This document shows, piece by piece, positions 54,096 through 64,000 of a stretch of DNA of 64,000 nucleotides. The notes under the pieces were generated by a model. That model ran no database searches. It was not told the DNA's origin and was given only the letters and a program-made list of their open reading frames with translations. Source of the DNA: Octopus sinensis (lineage: Eukaryota); contig NC_043006.1 of assembly GCF_006345805.1 (NCBI RefSeq), positions 79,794,001 through 79,858,000 of the forward strand. Reading direction: 5' to 3'. Within the stretch, counting starts at the first letter, position 1. Each line of letters begins with the position of its first letter. The translations under genes and the position numbers were made by a program.

Positions 54096-55223
54096 CTAGC
54101 AAACACACCCGTCCCTTGGATGGTTTAAGCTGCTATGGTGGTATTTTTTTCATTAGATAATTGAACTAGCGAGAATGTTTATGAGTAGTACGGCAATCTA
54201 TGTTTCCGATTAACCTAGGAACGGAAAATCGAATTGCAGTCTGGTTATTGTGGAGGTCGTTGCACTTTAATAATCATAGAACATGAAAGTTTGAGAGCTA
54301 TGCAAAGCAGAGCTACTGAAGTGTTACGGGAGTAGATTACGAATAATGACAACCAAATATAGTTGTTTTACACGAAAGCGAAATTTGTTGTCATAAACAG
54401 CCACATAAATGGTGTAAGGGAATTGAAAGAAAACGGTGAAACTTCCCCTCTGCGAGTTTATTTTTTTCAACAGCAAAGTAGCTATTTTTTCGGAGAGATA
54501 AGTTGACAAAAGCCCCTTTATTCTGTTTTCCCGTATAGCCTGCGCATAATATAACAGCGAATGCTGTATAGAGTTAAATTGGTACGGAGTTTTCTGAAAG
54601 ATACGTATAGCTTTCGCTAGTGTAAGCAAAACTCTTATTTAAAGGTTGATTATTTGGGGATGAATCATAAGTAATTGTTTAAAAGAGGCTAAAATGACAA
54701 TGCTAAAGCATATTTGAAACAACGGACAATAGTCGAAATATCATAATGGATGGGCAAATAGGCACCCTTAAAGTGAAACAACGCATTGGTAGGTAAACAA
54801 ACGTCTCAACAAATAGAAGGGAGGCAAGGGAACATCATCTTTCAAGTAACTCAGAATAAGTAAAGGTAAGCTTGCCAAAGTTTAATGCAGTTTAACTATG
54901 GAGATTAAGATTGCTTGATATTGGATATTCATCGCTACAGTATTCCTAGTCAATTTAATCAACGTGGCAGGAGTACAGTCGAAATAAATAGACAAAATCC
55001 TTTCACTTCATAAAAAGATTAAAATGTATGGAAGATCCTACATACAAAAACTATGTCCATTTAGGTCTATTTACGCGGAAGCTCCGGGAAAAATGTTTAG
55101 TGCATGACCATCCTTGTGACATAAGCAACGTGTGTGTAAAGTTTGGTGAAAATCGGTTGAGAATTGTGGAAATGTATGCGTTAGTCATTATACACACATA
55201 TGCTGTGATTTATATATATCAGA
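54096..55223 (-). mobile_element. Non-autonomous Helitron
   Basis: 5'-TC...CTAG-3' termini, GC hairpin at 54109-54123 near the 3' end, inserted between A and T with no TSD. Removing it restores ACATATATCAT, seen uninterrupted in the paralogous block at 53149-53159. Confidence 0.85.
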
Positions 55224-56319
55224 TATCATCTAAATAAATACAACTAGTTATATAATATAAGACGTGATGTGAACATTCATGTCATATATATACTGTTCCT
55301 CTATATATTTATTACAAGTAACACGATCTTGGGGGACATATCTGAAAAGCTACAATCTGCAACACAAGAAACTTTGGGAACAGAATAACATTTCCATGTG
55401 TATCAAATTTCGATTTCTATAGTGTCTGTGAGAGAAGGGAAAATGTATTGCTCACAGAATGTTTCAGAGAGAACAAGTATTTAATGTGAATGCTTGAAAT
55501 ATGTTTTGTAAATATGTAGTTTGAAATCAAAATAGTTAAACATAATACAAGAGCAACTAAAACAACTTATGCCCGGAACAAAGACATGGAAACCAACCCT
55601 CTCAGACATAGAGGAACAACTTCGCAGCCTTCATTTATTTCCTTTCAAATTTACCTCGAGAAAGATTCTTGCAAAAATGTTGGATATTCCATTAGGTACG
55701 GCAAATTCACTCTACTCGTTCTGTCACTTTCTCTAGATAACAAAAGTCTTGCCGATGCAGACGACTTCCAGCTTCATTTTTTCTTCCTATATGTATTTCA
55801 TGTGATGTGAAGAGAATGGTTTCATGACGACAGACCACGGTTTGAGAATGTATCTGTTAGGGAAATTGGTGAATTCTATTCCGATCGAGATGTATGGTGA
55901 GAGTGAGGGTTAAGCATCCGAAAAATTATAGGAATTTAGTATTATCCAGTTGTGGAAATATTTATTAGTCCTTGAGAGAAAAAATAAAAATACTTAAGTC
56001 GGTTTAAAAATCATTGACCCTAGATATTATCGTAAACATTTGTGAAATTGTGTAGCCAGAGGAAACACTGTTTGAATTTCTAATATGAAAGCCCGTTGAA
56101 GGCTATGAGTAACGTCATCACAATTTTTATTTTATTATAAATCTTAACGTTTATGCATATCATTGTCTCATTATAAACGTAAAGAAGTGTGATATACAAT
56201 GCAGCAAGTGGTGCGACGTTAGAGTCTTTTACAATATAGTTTAAAGAATGCAGCCCTACTACAGGTTATATATTGTGGTAGAATGTATGTTGTTTAGAAT
56301 ATTTCCGGAGAAATATCAA

Positions 56320-58260
56320 TTATTGTAGTGATGTTTCATGTAGGTTATTTGTCGAGATTGTTTTAGGAATCATTGAAATATCAGAGTTTGAGAAATCGAC
56401 ATATTTTCGTATTTCAAGAGACATACGTTGAAAAGTTCGGCAGACGATCTTTGTTAAGAGAAATGACAAAGAAATGAGTAAACCGACAAAAGAGTTTAAA
56501 ATGCAAAATAGTAGAGAAAATTCGTCAATCTTCGTAAACGTATAAAGGAATCCGAGCATCCATGTTAAACCCATGATGAAGCTTAATTTTACGTAAATAA
56601 AGAACACTTTTTTGTTTCGTTTTGATAAATATTTTGAAGAACATTTGCTGGTCAGGTACAACTCTCTAATAGTGAAGCTGTACGCTATAATATTAATGCA
56701 TAAAATAATGATAACGGGGATTGCCAAGAACCAAAGCAAACTGTTCACGTTTGTAATCCAGCAAATACCAATTCCATATTCTGGAGAAAGTCCATGATTT
56801 CCAGGTGTGTACTCGAATATTAGTGACACTGTTACTATTAGCAGTGGACAGACCCAAGCATATAAGGAATATAATACAAGTTTCTTGGTATCATTTTCTG
56901 AACTCCGAAGTTGTGTAAGCCTTGAGAAAGTGTTCCAGGCATCAAATGACATGACATTCGTCCAGAAGAAAGTCGCTAAAAACGCATAATGCATGACAAC
57001 AGCTAAAGATTTACACAGCACTGTAGATGTAGTAATTTGTGATGAGATAAGAAACAGAAGCTCAGCTACAAACAGTGCTGATAAAAGACTAATGAGTAGT
57101 TTACCTGGTAAGGTACGGAGATCAGGTATACAGAGATAGACTATAATAGTGATTGCTAGAGCTGGGACAGAGATTGCTAGTCCTACTAATGTGATATAGC
57201 TCTCAATTTCGGAATATTTTGATATTCCATTGTTATCATTCTTTACACAGATACTTAAACCATCTTCATCAATACTGAATTCTGATTGATTGAGCCAAAG
57301 TTGGGTAATATTTAAATAGAGAAGACCATCACTAGTGATATGATATTCAGAGTCCTTCAATCTGGTCGCTGTACAATTTAAGATGGGGTGATAAAAATTC
57401 TTGCGACAACGCATTGTGTTTTTATCGTAATTGGTGTATTTTGGACAAAATGGCAATTTCGTTATAGTTCCAGTACCATCTTTAATGATTAAATATTTGG
57501 CATTATAATTAAAAATGATAGTTAACGAAGACCGTAGTTTAGCAGAACTCAAAGAATTATTGCAACATTTGATGTTGAGTTTAATATATTTCATTGACAA
57601 TGTACACTTTATCTCTGTAATATTATGTGTATATTTAGAAAGCTGACAGTGATGTCCTAATGATTTATTTAATATATGCAGCGAGCATTTAGTAACACTG
57701 GGTATGCAAGGGACTAGATAAGGTTCTAAATTATCAGGTGGAGCGTTCCGTTTGGGACATTTACCATTTTCAATAATATTCATTATATTGGCAGGGTTTT
57801 TATTTGCTGTATTATTGCAGTCATAAACTATCTCCCATAATATATATTTTTCCGAGTGGCACAGAGCACAATATCGGTTCCTGTAGAGTCTTTTACTTGT
57901 TTCACCGAACACAGGCATATTGTCCGGGCTATCGTTGTTTGTAGGATATTCACATCCGTTCACATGACTTATATCACTGTGATTTGATGGACAGCGATCA
58001 AAGATATAATATGTTTTGTTCTGAACAAGGCTGCAACTATAATATATTGATGGATCGAAATATTCGGACTCAACAGTTTTCCGTTGATCTTCATTACAGC
58101 AGCATCTATTATATATATGACAGTGTTGTGAAATAGAGCAAAATTCACAATCCGTCGTACGTAAACAATTTAGGACAGAATTTGATGTTGGAATGATATC
58201 ATTCATAAATATAGTGATAAGAAATAAAGTAGAAAAGTAATATTTTAAGATGATTTCCAT
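56320..58260 (-). CDS. Methuselah-like 7TM GPCR, 646 aa (G3)
   Basis: Intact ORF, close paralogue of G2 and G4. AATAAA at 56131-56136. Confidence 0.88.
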   Translation of the reverse strand: MEIILKYYFSTLFLITIFMNDIIPTSNSVLNCLRTTDCEFCSISQHCHIYNRCCCNEDQRKTVESEYFDPSIYYSCSLVQNKTYYIFDRCPSNHSDISHVNGCEYPTNNDSPDNMPVFGETSKRLYRNRYCALCHSEKYILWEIVYDCNNTANKNPANIMNIIENGKCPKRNAPPDNLEPYLVPCIPSVTKCSLHILNKSLGHHCQLSKYTHNITEIKCTLSMKYIKLNIKCCNNSLSSAKLRSSLTIIFNYNAKYLIIKDGTGTITKLPFCPKYTNYDKNTMRCRKNFYHPILNCTATRLKDSEYHITSDGLLYLNITQLWLNQSEFSIDEDGLSICVKNDNNGISKYSEIESYITLVGLAISVPALAITIIVYLCIPDLRTLPGKLLISLLSALFVAELLFLISSQITTSTVLCKSLAVVMHYAFLATFFWTNVMSFDAWNTFSRLTQLRSSENDTKKLVLYSLYAWVCPLLIVTVSLIFEYTPGNHGLSPEYGIGICWITNVNSLLWFLAIPVIIILCINIIAYSFTIRELYLTSKCSSKYLSKRNKKVFFIYVKLSFIMGLTWMLGFLYTFTKIDEFSLLFCILNSFVGLLISLSFLLTKIVCRTFQRMSLEIRKYVDFSNSDISMIPKTISTNNLHETSLQ

Positions 58261-58888
58261 TCGGAACTGAAAATGTTGAATCAGCAAGCTTGAAGAAATC
58301 CAGGATTTATACTGATATCAATTTGTTGATGAATTTTACTACAATGGAGTAATTTGAATAGATCAAAATTGAAAATGCTTCCAATGTATTTATGTCTTTG
58401 AATATAAGCAAACAAGAATGAGCTATAGCTTAAAGGTAAGTTGTTTTGGGTTATAGAGTTTTCGTAGTTATACCTGGAAAAGAAGAAATAAAGATATTTA
58501 CTAATAGTATTCAATAATGAAACGATGCAAGGAAATGCTCACGACAATTTGATAATATTATTTCTTTACGGTTAAAAGCTCGTTGACAATAAATATAATC
58601 ACAAAATGCCCGCTGGAGTAGATGAGAAGCTGAGATTGATGCAACTGTTTTTCAGTTTCTAATATGAAAGCCTGTTGAAGGATATCTGTGACGCCCTCAC
58701 AATCTGCATTTTATTATAATTCTTAACGTTTATATCATTATCATAAAAGTAAAGTAGTCTGATACAAAATGCAGCATGTGTTGTGATGTTACAGGCCTTA
58801 CAGTGTAGTTTATAGAATGCAGCGTTACTAAAGGTTGTGTACTGTGGTAGAATATCTGTTGTCTAGAAAATTTCCGGAGAAATTTCTA

Positions 58889-60826
58889 TTATTTTAGTGA
58901 TGTATCATGTTCGGTGTAGGTCGACATTGTTTCAGTAATCGTCGAAACATCGGCGTTTGAGAAATCGACATATTTTCGTATTTTAATAAACATATGTTGA
59001 AAACTGCGGCAGACGATCTTTCTTAAGAGAAATGACAAAGAAATGAGTAAACCAACGAAAGAGTTTAAGATGCAAAATAGTAGAGAAAATTCGTCAATCT
59101 TCGTAAACGTATAAAGGAATCCGAGCATCCATGTTAAACCCATGATGAAGCTTAATTTTATGTAAATGAAGAACACCTTCTTGTTTCGTTTTGATAAATA
59201 TTTTGAAGAAAGTTTGCTGAACAAATACAACTCTCTGATAGTGATACTGTACGCTATAATATTCAAACATAAAATAATGATAACAGGGATTGCTAAGAAC
59301 CACAATAAACTGTTCACGTTTGTAATCCAGCAAATACCAATTCCATATTCTGGAGAAAATCCACGATTTCCAGGTGTGTACTCAAATATCAGTGACACTG
59401 TTACTATTAGAAGTGGACAGATCCAAGCATATAAGGAATATAATACAAGTTTCTTGGTATCATTTTCTGAACTCCGAAGTTGTGTAAGCCTTGAGAAAGT
59501 GTTCCAGGCATCAAATGACATGACATTCGTCCAGAAGAATGTCGCTAAAAACGCATAATGCATTACAACAGCTGAAGATTTACACAGCACTGTGGATGTA
59601 GTGACTTGTGATGAGATAAGAAAGAGAAGCTCAGCTACAAACAGTGCCGATGAAAGACTAATGAGTAGTTTACCTGGTAAGGTACGGAGATCAGGTATAC
59701 AGAGATAGACTATAATAGTGATTGCCAGAGCTGGGACAGAGATTGCTAGTCCCACTAATGTGATATAGGTTTCAATTTCGGAATATTTTGATATTTCATT
59801 GTTATCATTCTTTACACAGATACTTAAACCATCTTCATCAATACTGAATTCTGATTGATTGAGCCAAAGTTGGGTAATATTTAAATATAGAAGACCATCA
59901 CTAGTAATATGATATTCAGAGGCTTTCAATCTGGTCGCTGTACAATTTAAGATGGGGTGATAAAAATTCTTGCGACAACGCATTGTGTTTTTATCGTAAT
60001 TGGTGTATTTTGGACAGAATGGCAATTTCGTTTCAATTTCAGTTCCGTCTATTTTTTCTTTAATAGTTAAATATTTGATATTATAATTAAAAATGATAGT
60101 TAATGGAAATCCCTTTCGACTCGATGATGTACTGGTTGATACACTGCAACATAAGATGTTTCGATCGGTATAATCATTAGACGACGTACATCGTGGCTTT
60201 TCTAAAGTTGGACATTGATGTTCCAATGTTTCATTTAATATTTGAGGCGAGCATTTACTAACACTGGAAATGCAAGGCATCAGATAAGGTTTTAAATTAT
60301 CCGGAGGAGCTTTGCGTTTGGAACATTTACCATTTTCAATCATATTCATTAAATCGGCACGATTTATATTTACTGTATTATCACAGTCATAAACAATATC
60401 CCATAATATATATTTCTCTGTGTGACACAGAGCACAATATCGGTTCATATAGAGTCTTTTACTTGTTTCACCGAACACAGGAATATTGTCTGGACTATCA
60501 TTGTTTTTAGGATATTCACATCTGGTCACATGACTTATATCACTGTGATTTGATGGACAGCGGTCAAAGATATAATATGTTTTGTCCTGAACAAGGCTGC
60601 AACTATAATATATTGATGGATCGAAATATTCGGACTCAACAGTTTTCCGTTGATCTTCATTACAACAGCATCTGTTGTACATATGACATTGCTTTGCAAA
60701 TGAGCAAAATTCACAATCCGTAGTATTGAAACATTTTAAGTTAGAGTTTGAAGTTAGAACGACGTGATTCATAAATGCAAGAATAAAAAATAAAATAGAA
60801 AAGTTATGATTGAAGACGATTTCCAT
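58889..60826 (-). CDS. Methuselah-like 7TM GPCR, 645 aa (G4)
   Basis: Intact ORF, MEIVFN start at 60826. AATAAA at 58710-58715. Confidence 0.9.
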   Translation of the reverse strand: MEIVFNHNFSILFFILAFMNHVVLTSNSNLKCFNTTDCEFCSFAKQCHMYNRCCCNEDQRKTVESEYFDPSIYYSCSLVQDKTYYIFDRCPSNHSDISHVTRCEYPKNNDSPDNIPVFGETSKRLYMNRYCALCHTEKYILWDIVYDCDNTVNINRADLMNMIENGKCSKRKAPPDNLKPYLMPCISSVSKCSPQILNETLEHQCPTLEKPRCTSSNDYTDRNILCCSVSTSTSSSRKGFPLTIIFNYNIKYLTIKEKIDGTEIETKLPFCPKYTNYDKNTMRCRKNFYHPILNCTATRLKASEYHITSDGLLYLNITQLWLNQSEFSIDEDGLSICVKNDNNEISKYSEIETYITLVGLAISVPALAITIIVYLCIPDLRTLPGKLLISLSSALFVAELLFLISSQVTTSTVLCKSSAVVMHYAFLATFFWTNVMSFDAWNTFSRLTQLRSSENDTKKLVLYSLYAWICPLLIVTVSLIFEYTPGNRGFSPEYGIGICWITNVNSLLWFLAIPVIIILCLNIIAYSITIRELYLFSKLSSKYLSKRNKKVFFIYIKLSFIMGLTWMLGFLYTFTKIDEFSLLFCILNSFVGLLISLSFLLRKIVCRSFQHMFIKIRKYVDFSNADVSTITETMSTYTEHDTSLK

Positions 60827-61362
60827 TTGAAACTGAAGATGTTGAAGCAGCAAGACTGAAGAAATTCAAGAGATATATTTGATATCTATTTGTTGATGAA
60901 TAGGTCAAAATTGAAAATGCTTCCAATACATTGAAGGCATAATAAGTCAGTTTTAAGTGTTTGAATGTAACCAAAATTCGGATCATAGAACAACGGTATG
61001 TTGACTTTGTATATGTATATATGCACTAGCTTTTGAAGTTGTACTGCAATAGAAGAAATGACGATATTTTACCCTCAGTAATTAGTAATGAATTTGCTTA
61101 AGCAAATGTGTATTACAATTTGGTGAGTGTAATATTTTTTTAAAGACATTTCATTAGTGTTTTTAAATTCATTTACTTGCATTAATCATTGCAATTCAGT
61201 CACTCTGGCGTACACCCTTGAACGGTTTTCTCTGTGTGTAACTAGTTATATTGTTCTTTTTTGACGAGTCGCCAATTTGTATGTAAACAAATCAACACAA
61301 GTTGTGAAATCGTGGAGGAGCAATCACACACGCACGTACGCACACACACACACATACACACA

Positions 61363-61402
<40 letters not shown>

Positions 61403-62169
61403 TATTCATATATTATACAGTATACATCTTGTGCTTTCACACAGTTTCCTCTTACCAATTTCAATCACACGGCAATCTTTGACCTGGAGTCACAGTGGGA
61501 GATGCTTGCCCGGCACTGGACCACGATCTTTATGGGTTCAAAGTGAATGTCTTAACTGCACAGCCGATTCTGCGCATATAGGAAAGGGTAACGAGTTTAA
61601 GTTATGATTTTATAAATGAGAACGACAGCTCGACGAACGTATCGCTGTCTGATTGTGTTGTTTAACGATTCAGAGGTAAATGTGGTTTATAGTCGATCTT
61701 ATCCAGTCTGCCTCACATCATTCAGTGAGATAGAAAGCCAATTCGGCGCAGGTGGGATTATGTAATAAGACGACAGAAAGTGAAGTTTAGTACAGAAAAG
61801 CGAGAAGATAGGAGTAAGAAGCGTGTAAATGAACCTACCTGCCTAAGAAACATTTGACGGTGCGTAACGCTGTAGACACCTCGATCTTCTTAAGCGTAAC
61901 GTCCCAGAGGAAATCTGGATTTTGCGCAATAGAAAAACATACGCCACCTTCACATTTCCTTTTCCGAGGACAATAGACTAAAGTACTAGTAAATTACTAG
62001 TTCTGTTAAATCTTTAATTCAATAATTCAATTGACACCTTCCTTATTAAATATATGTAGGGCCTCGTGCTTACGTCAGAAATCTTATTTGTTTATGATAT
62101 ATAAAGATATACACATGTATGTATGTATGTATGTATGTATGTATGTATGTATGTATGTATGTATGTATG

Positions 62170-62212
<43 letters not shown>

Positions 62213-62342
62213 ATATACAGACATACAGACATATATACATATATATATATGTATATACACATACATACATATATATGTATATGTACATAATACATATATA
62301 TATATGTATATATATATAAACATACATACATACATATATATG

Positions 62343-62397
<55 letters not shown>

Positions 62398-62969
62398 AAC
62401 ACATATATATAGGTATATATATATATATGCATATAGAGTAGATTAGATAGGGAGAATGCTTTTGATATAGCAATGGGGTCATCTGACTCTGTACAGGTAA
62501 CAGACCTCCCTAATAGGTCTGTTACCTGAATGACCATAGGTAACAGACCTACCTATATCCTTTCAGTAATCCAGTATTTATTTCCGGAAGTAACAGGGTC
62601 TATATAGGAATGACGCATTATTTTTTCTGGACAGGAGTAGTAAAGTACTACTACAAAGGCATAGAAAATCTCTTTAGATTAAAAAAAAATTAGGATGAAA
62701 CATTACTATGGGAAAGGATTATCGTAGAATAAATTTTTTGACGCTACCTTCTGTCTTGATACTAGATTATTTGAACCATTTCATAAGTCAAGTGATCGTA
62801 TTAAATACATAAATGTAGCATTCAACCATCCTTTCTCAATAATAGGTGATTAGTTAAGAGTATTTCTACAAGAATTTCTAGATTATCCGCTAACAATAAA
62901 ATTTCCGAATCACATGCAACTTATTATAATGTTGCTTTAGATAGGGCTGGGTAATGTTCATCTGTAATT

Positions 62970-63290
62970 GACCTAATGGTGGCTCTGTTGCCTCGTTGCG
63001 CCTTCGCCACTCGAGCCTCTCGGGCGGCTCCAACTCTTTCGTTCCTCAGAGCTCGCATTTAGAGCTTACCACCATCTGTTGTTGACGATGGCACCCGTCA
63101 ATGCTCTCTTAACTAATGTGCTAATCCGGTCCCTGTAAGCCTGGCGTGCCGTGAACGACGCGTTCAGCTTCCAGTAACCGGGACTCTGCCTATGTGTCTT
63201 ATTTAAGTCAAGTGTACAAGTCACAAATTTGTGGTCTGTGTAGCTGACTATATGGAATTGTGGACAACCTACACTATCCTTTTTCACTGT
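62970..63290 (-). mobile_element. Tx1/L1-type LINE fragment (end of APE endonuclease)
   Basis: TDHKFV...SPGYWKLNAS motif. Confidence 0.65.
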
Positions 63291-63292
63291 CC

Positions 63293-63337
<45 letters not shown>

Positions 63338-63352
63338 GGGTAGGTAGGTAGG

Positions 63353-63422
<70 letters not shown>

Positions 63423-64000
63423 TGCATATATATGGTGAATGAAAGGCGGAAGGTAGAATATATGAAAATTTATTATTAATTTTAATTATTTCGAAACATT
63501 TAGCATCGCTCCCTCACGGGTGAGACACTTAACAACTGTTACCCAGCGGTGCAGATGTATTTCGTCGGGTGATAAATAGACACAACTCGTTAAAATAACA
63601 GTCCCACAATGTATCTTCTCATTTCGTAGAAAGAAAAGCAGCAAAACGAAGGAAATATCTTCATTTACATAGAAGATCAAAAATAAAATCACAGATGCAA
63701 AAAATGAAACGAACACGCAATACAGCGAGGAAAATATTAAAAATAATCGTTAACAAATATGGATGTATAAACGCCCTTGCGCAAGCTGCATGGCGCGTGT
63801 ACATTCGTTCATACAAGCATCCGCAGACATATAAGCATACACACACGTATGGTTTGGTGCACTCACGATAAGAAAGCTAGTTAAATAGCTGCTTGGTGTT
63901 TATAAGAATGGGGAGGTTAAAACTAAGCTTAATTTAGCCGTACCTTAAAGTAAGTTATGTTAACAGTTACTCAAATTCATTCCCACTGCATTGAGCGAAA

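Noticed and set aside
59166-59558. Antisense ORFs over the GPCRs (also 50725, 50935, 56612, 56807, 40010, 41183)
   Set aside because: Shadow frames broken differently in each paralogue.

Overview
Eukaryotic, AT-rich, microsatellite- and SINE-dense DNA. The tRNA-derived SINE families and repeat landscape point to a coleoid cephalopod, most likely an Octopus species (inferred). There is one 100-N gap at 17261-17360. Left part: five 5' coding exons of an ANKAR (ankyrin and armadillo repeat containing) orthologue on the minus strand, with consistent splice sites and phases. The gene continues beyond the left edge, and a candidate RFX X-box promoter lies near 17.0 kb. Middle (17-39 kb): mostly transposon debris (Penelope-like elements with minimal hammerhead-like motifs, Tc1/mariner, pogo, R4/Dong, several SINE families, a tandem array inserted in (TAA)n). 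Right part (39.5-61 kb): a cluster of single-coding-exon Methuselah-like (class B type 7TM) GPCRs with Cys-rich ectodomains. It has one divergent + strand gene, three close minus-strand paralogues and a deleted relic. The minus-strand array is the most interesting feature. Its paralogues are very similar except for one hypervariable ectodomain loop, they look like mosaics of each other, and each is built as acceptor + whole CDS + poly(A) signal. The middle copy has almost no room for its own promoter. Family assignments rest on motif recognition from memory; no database search was run.
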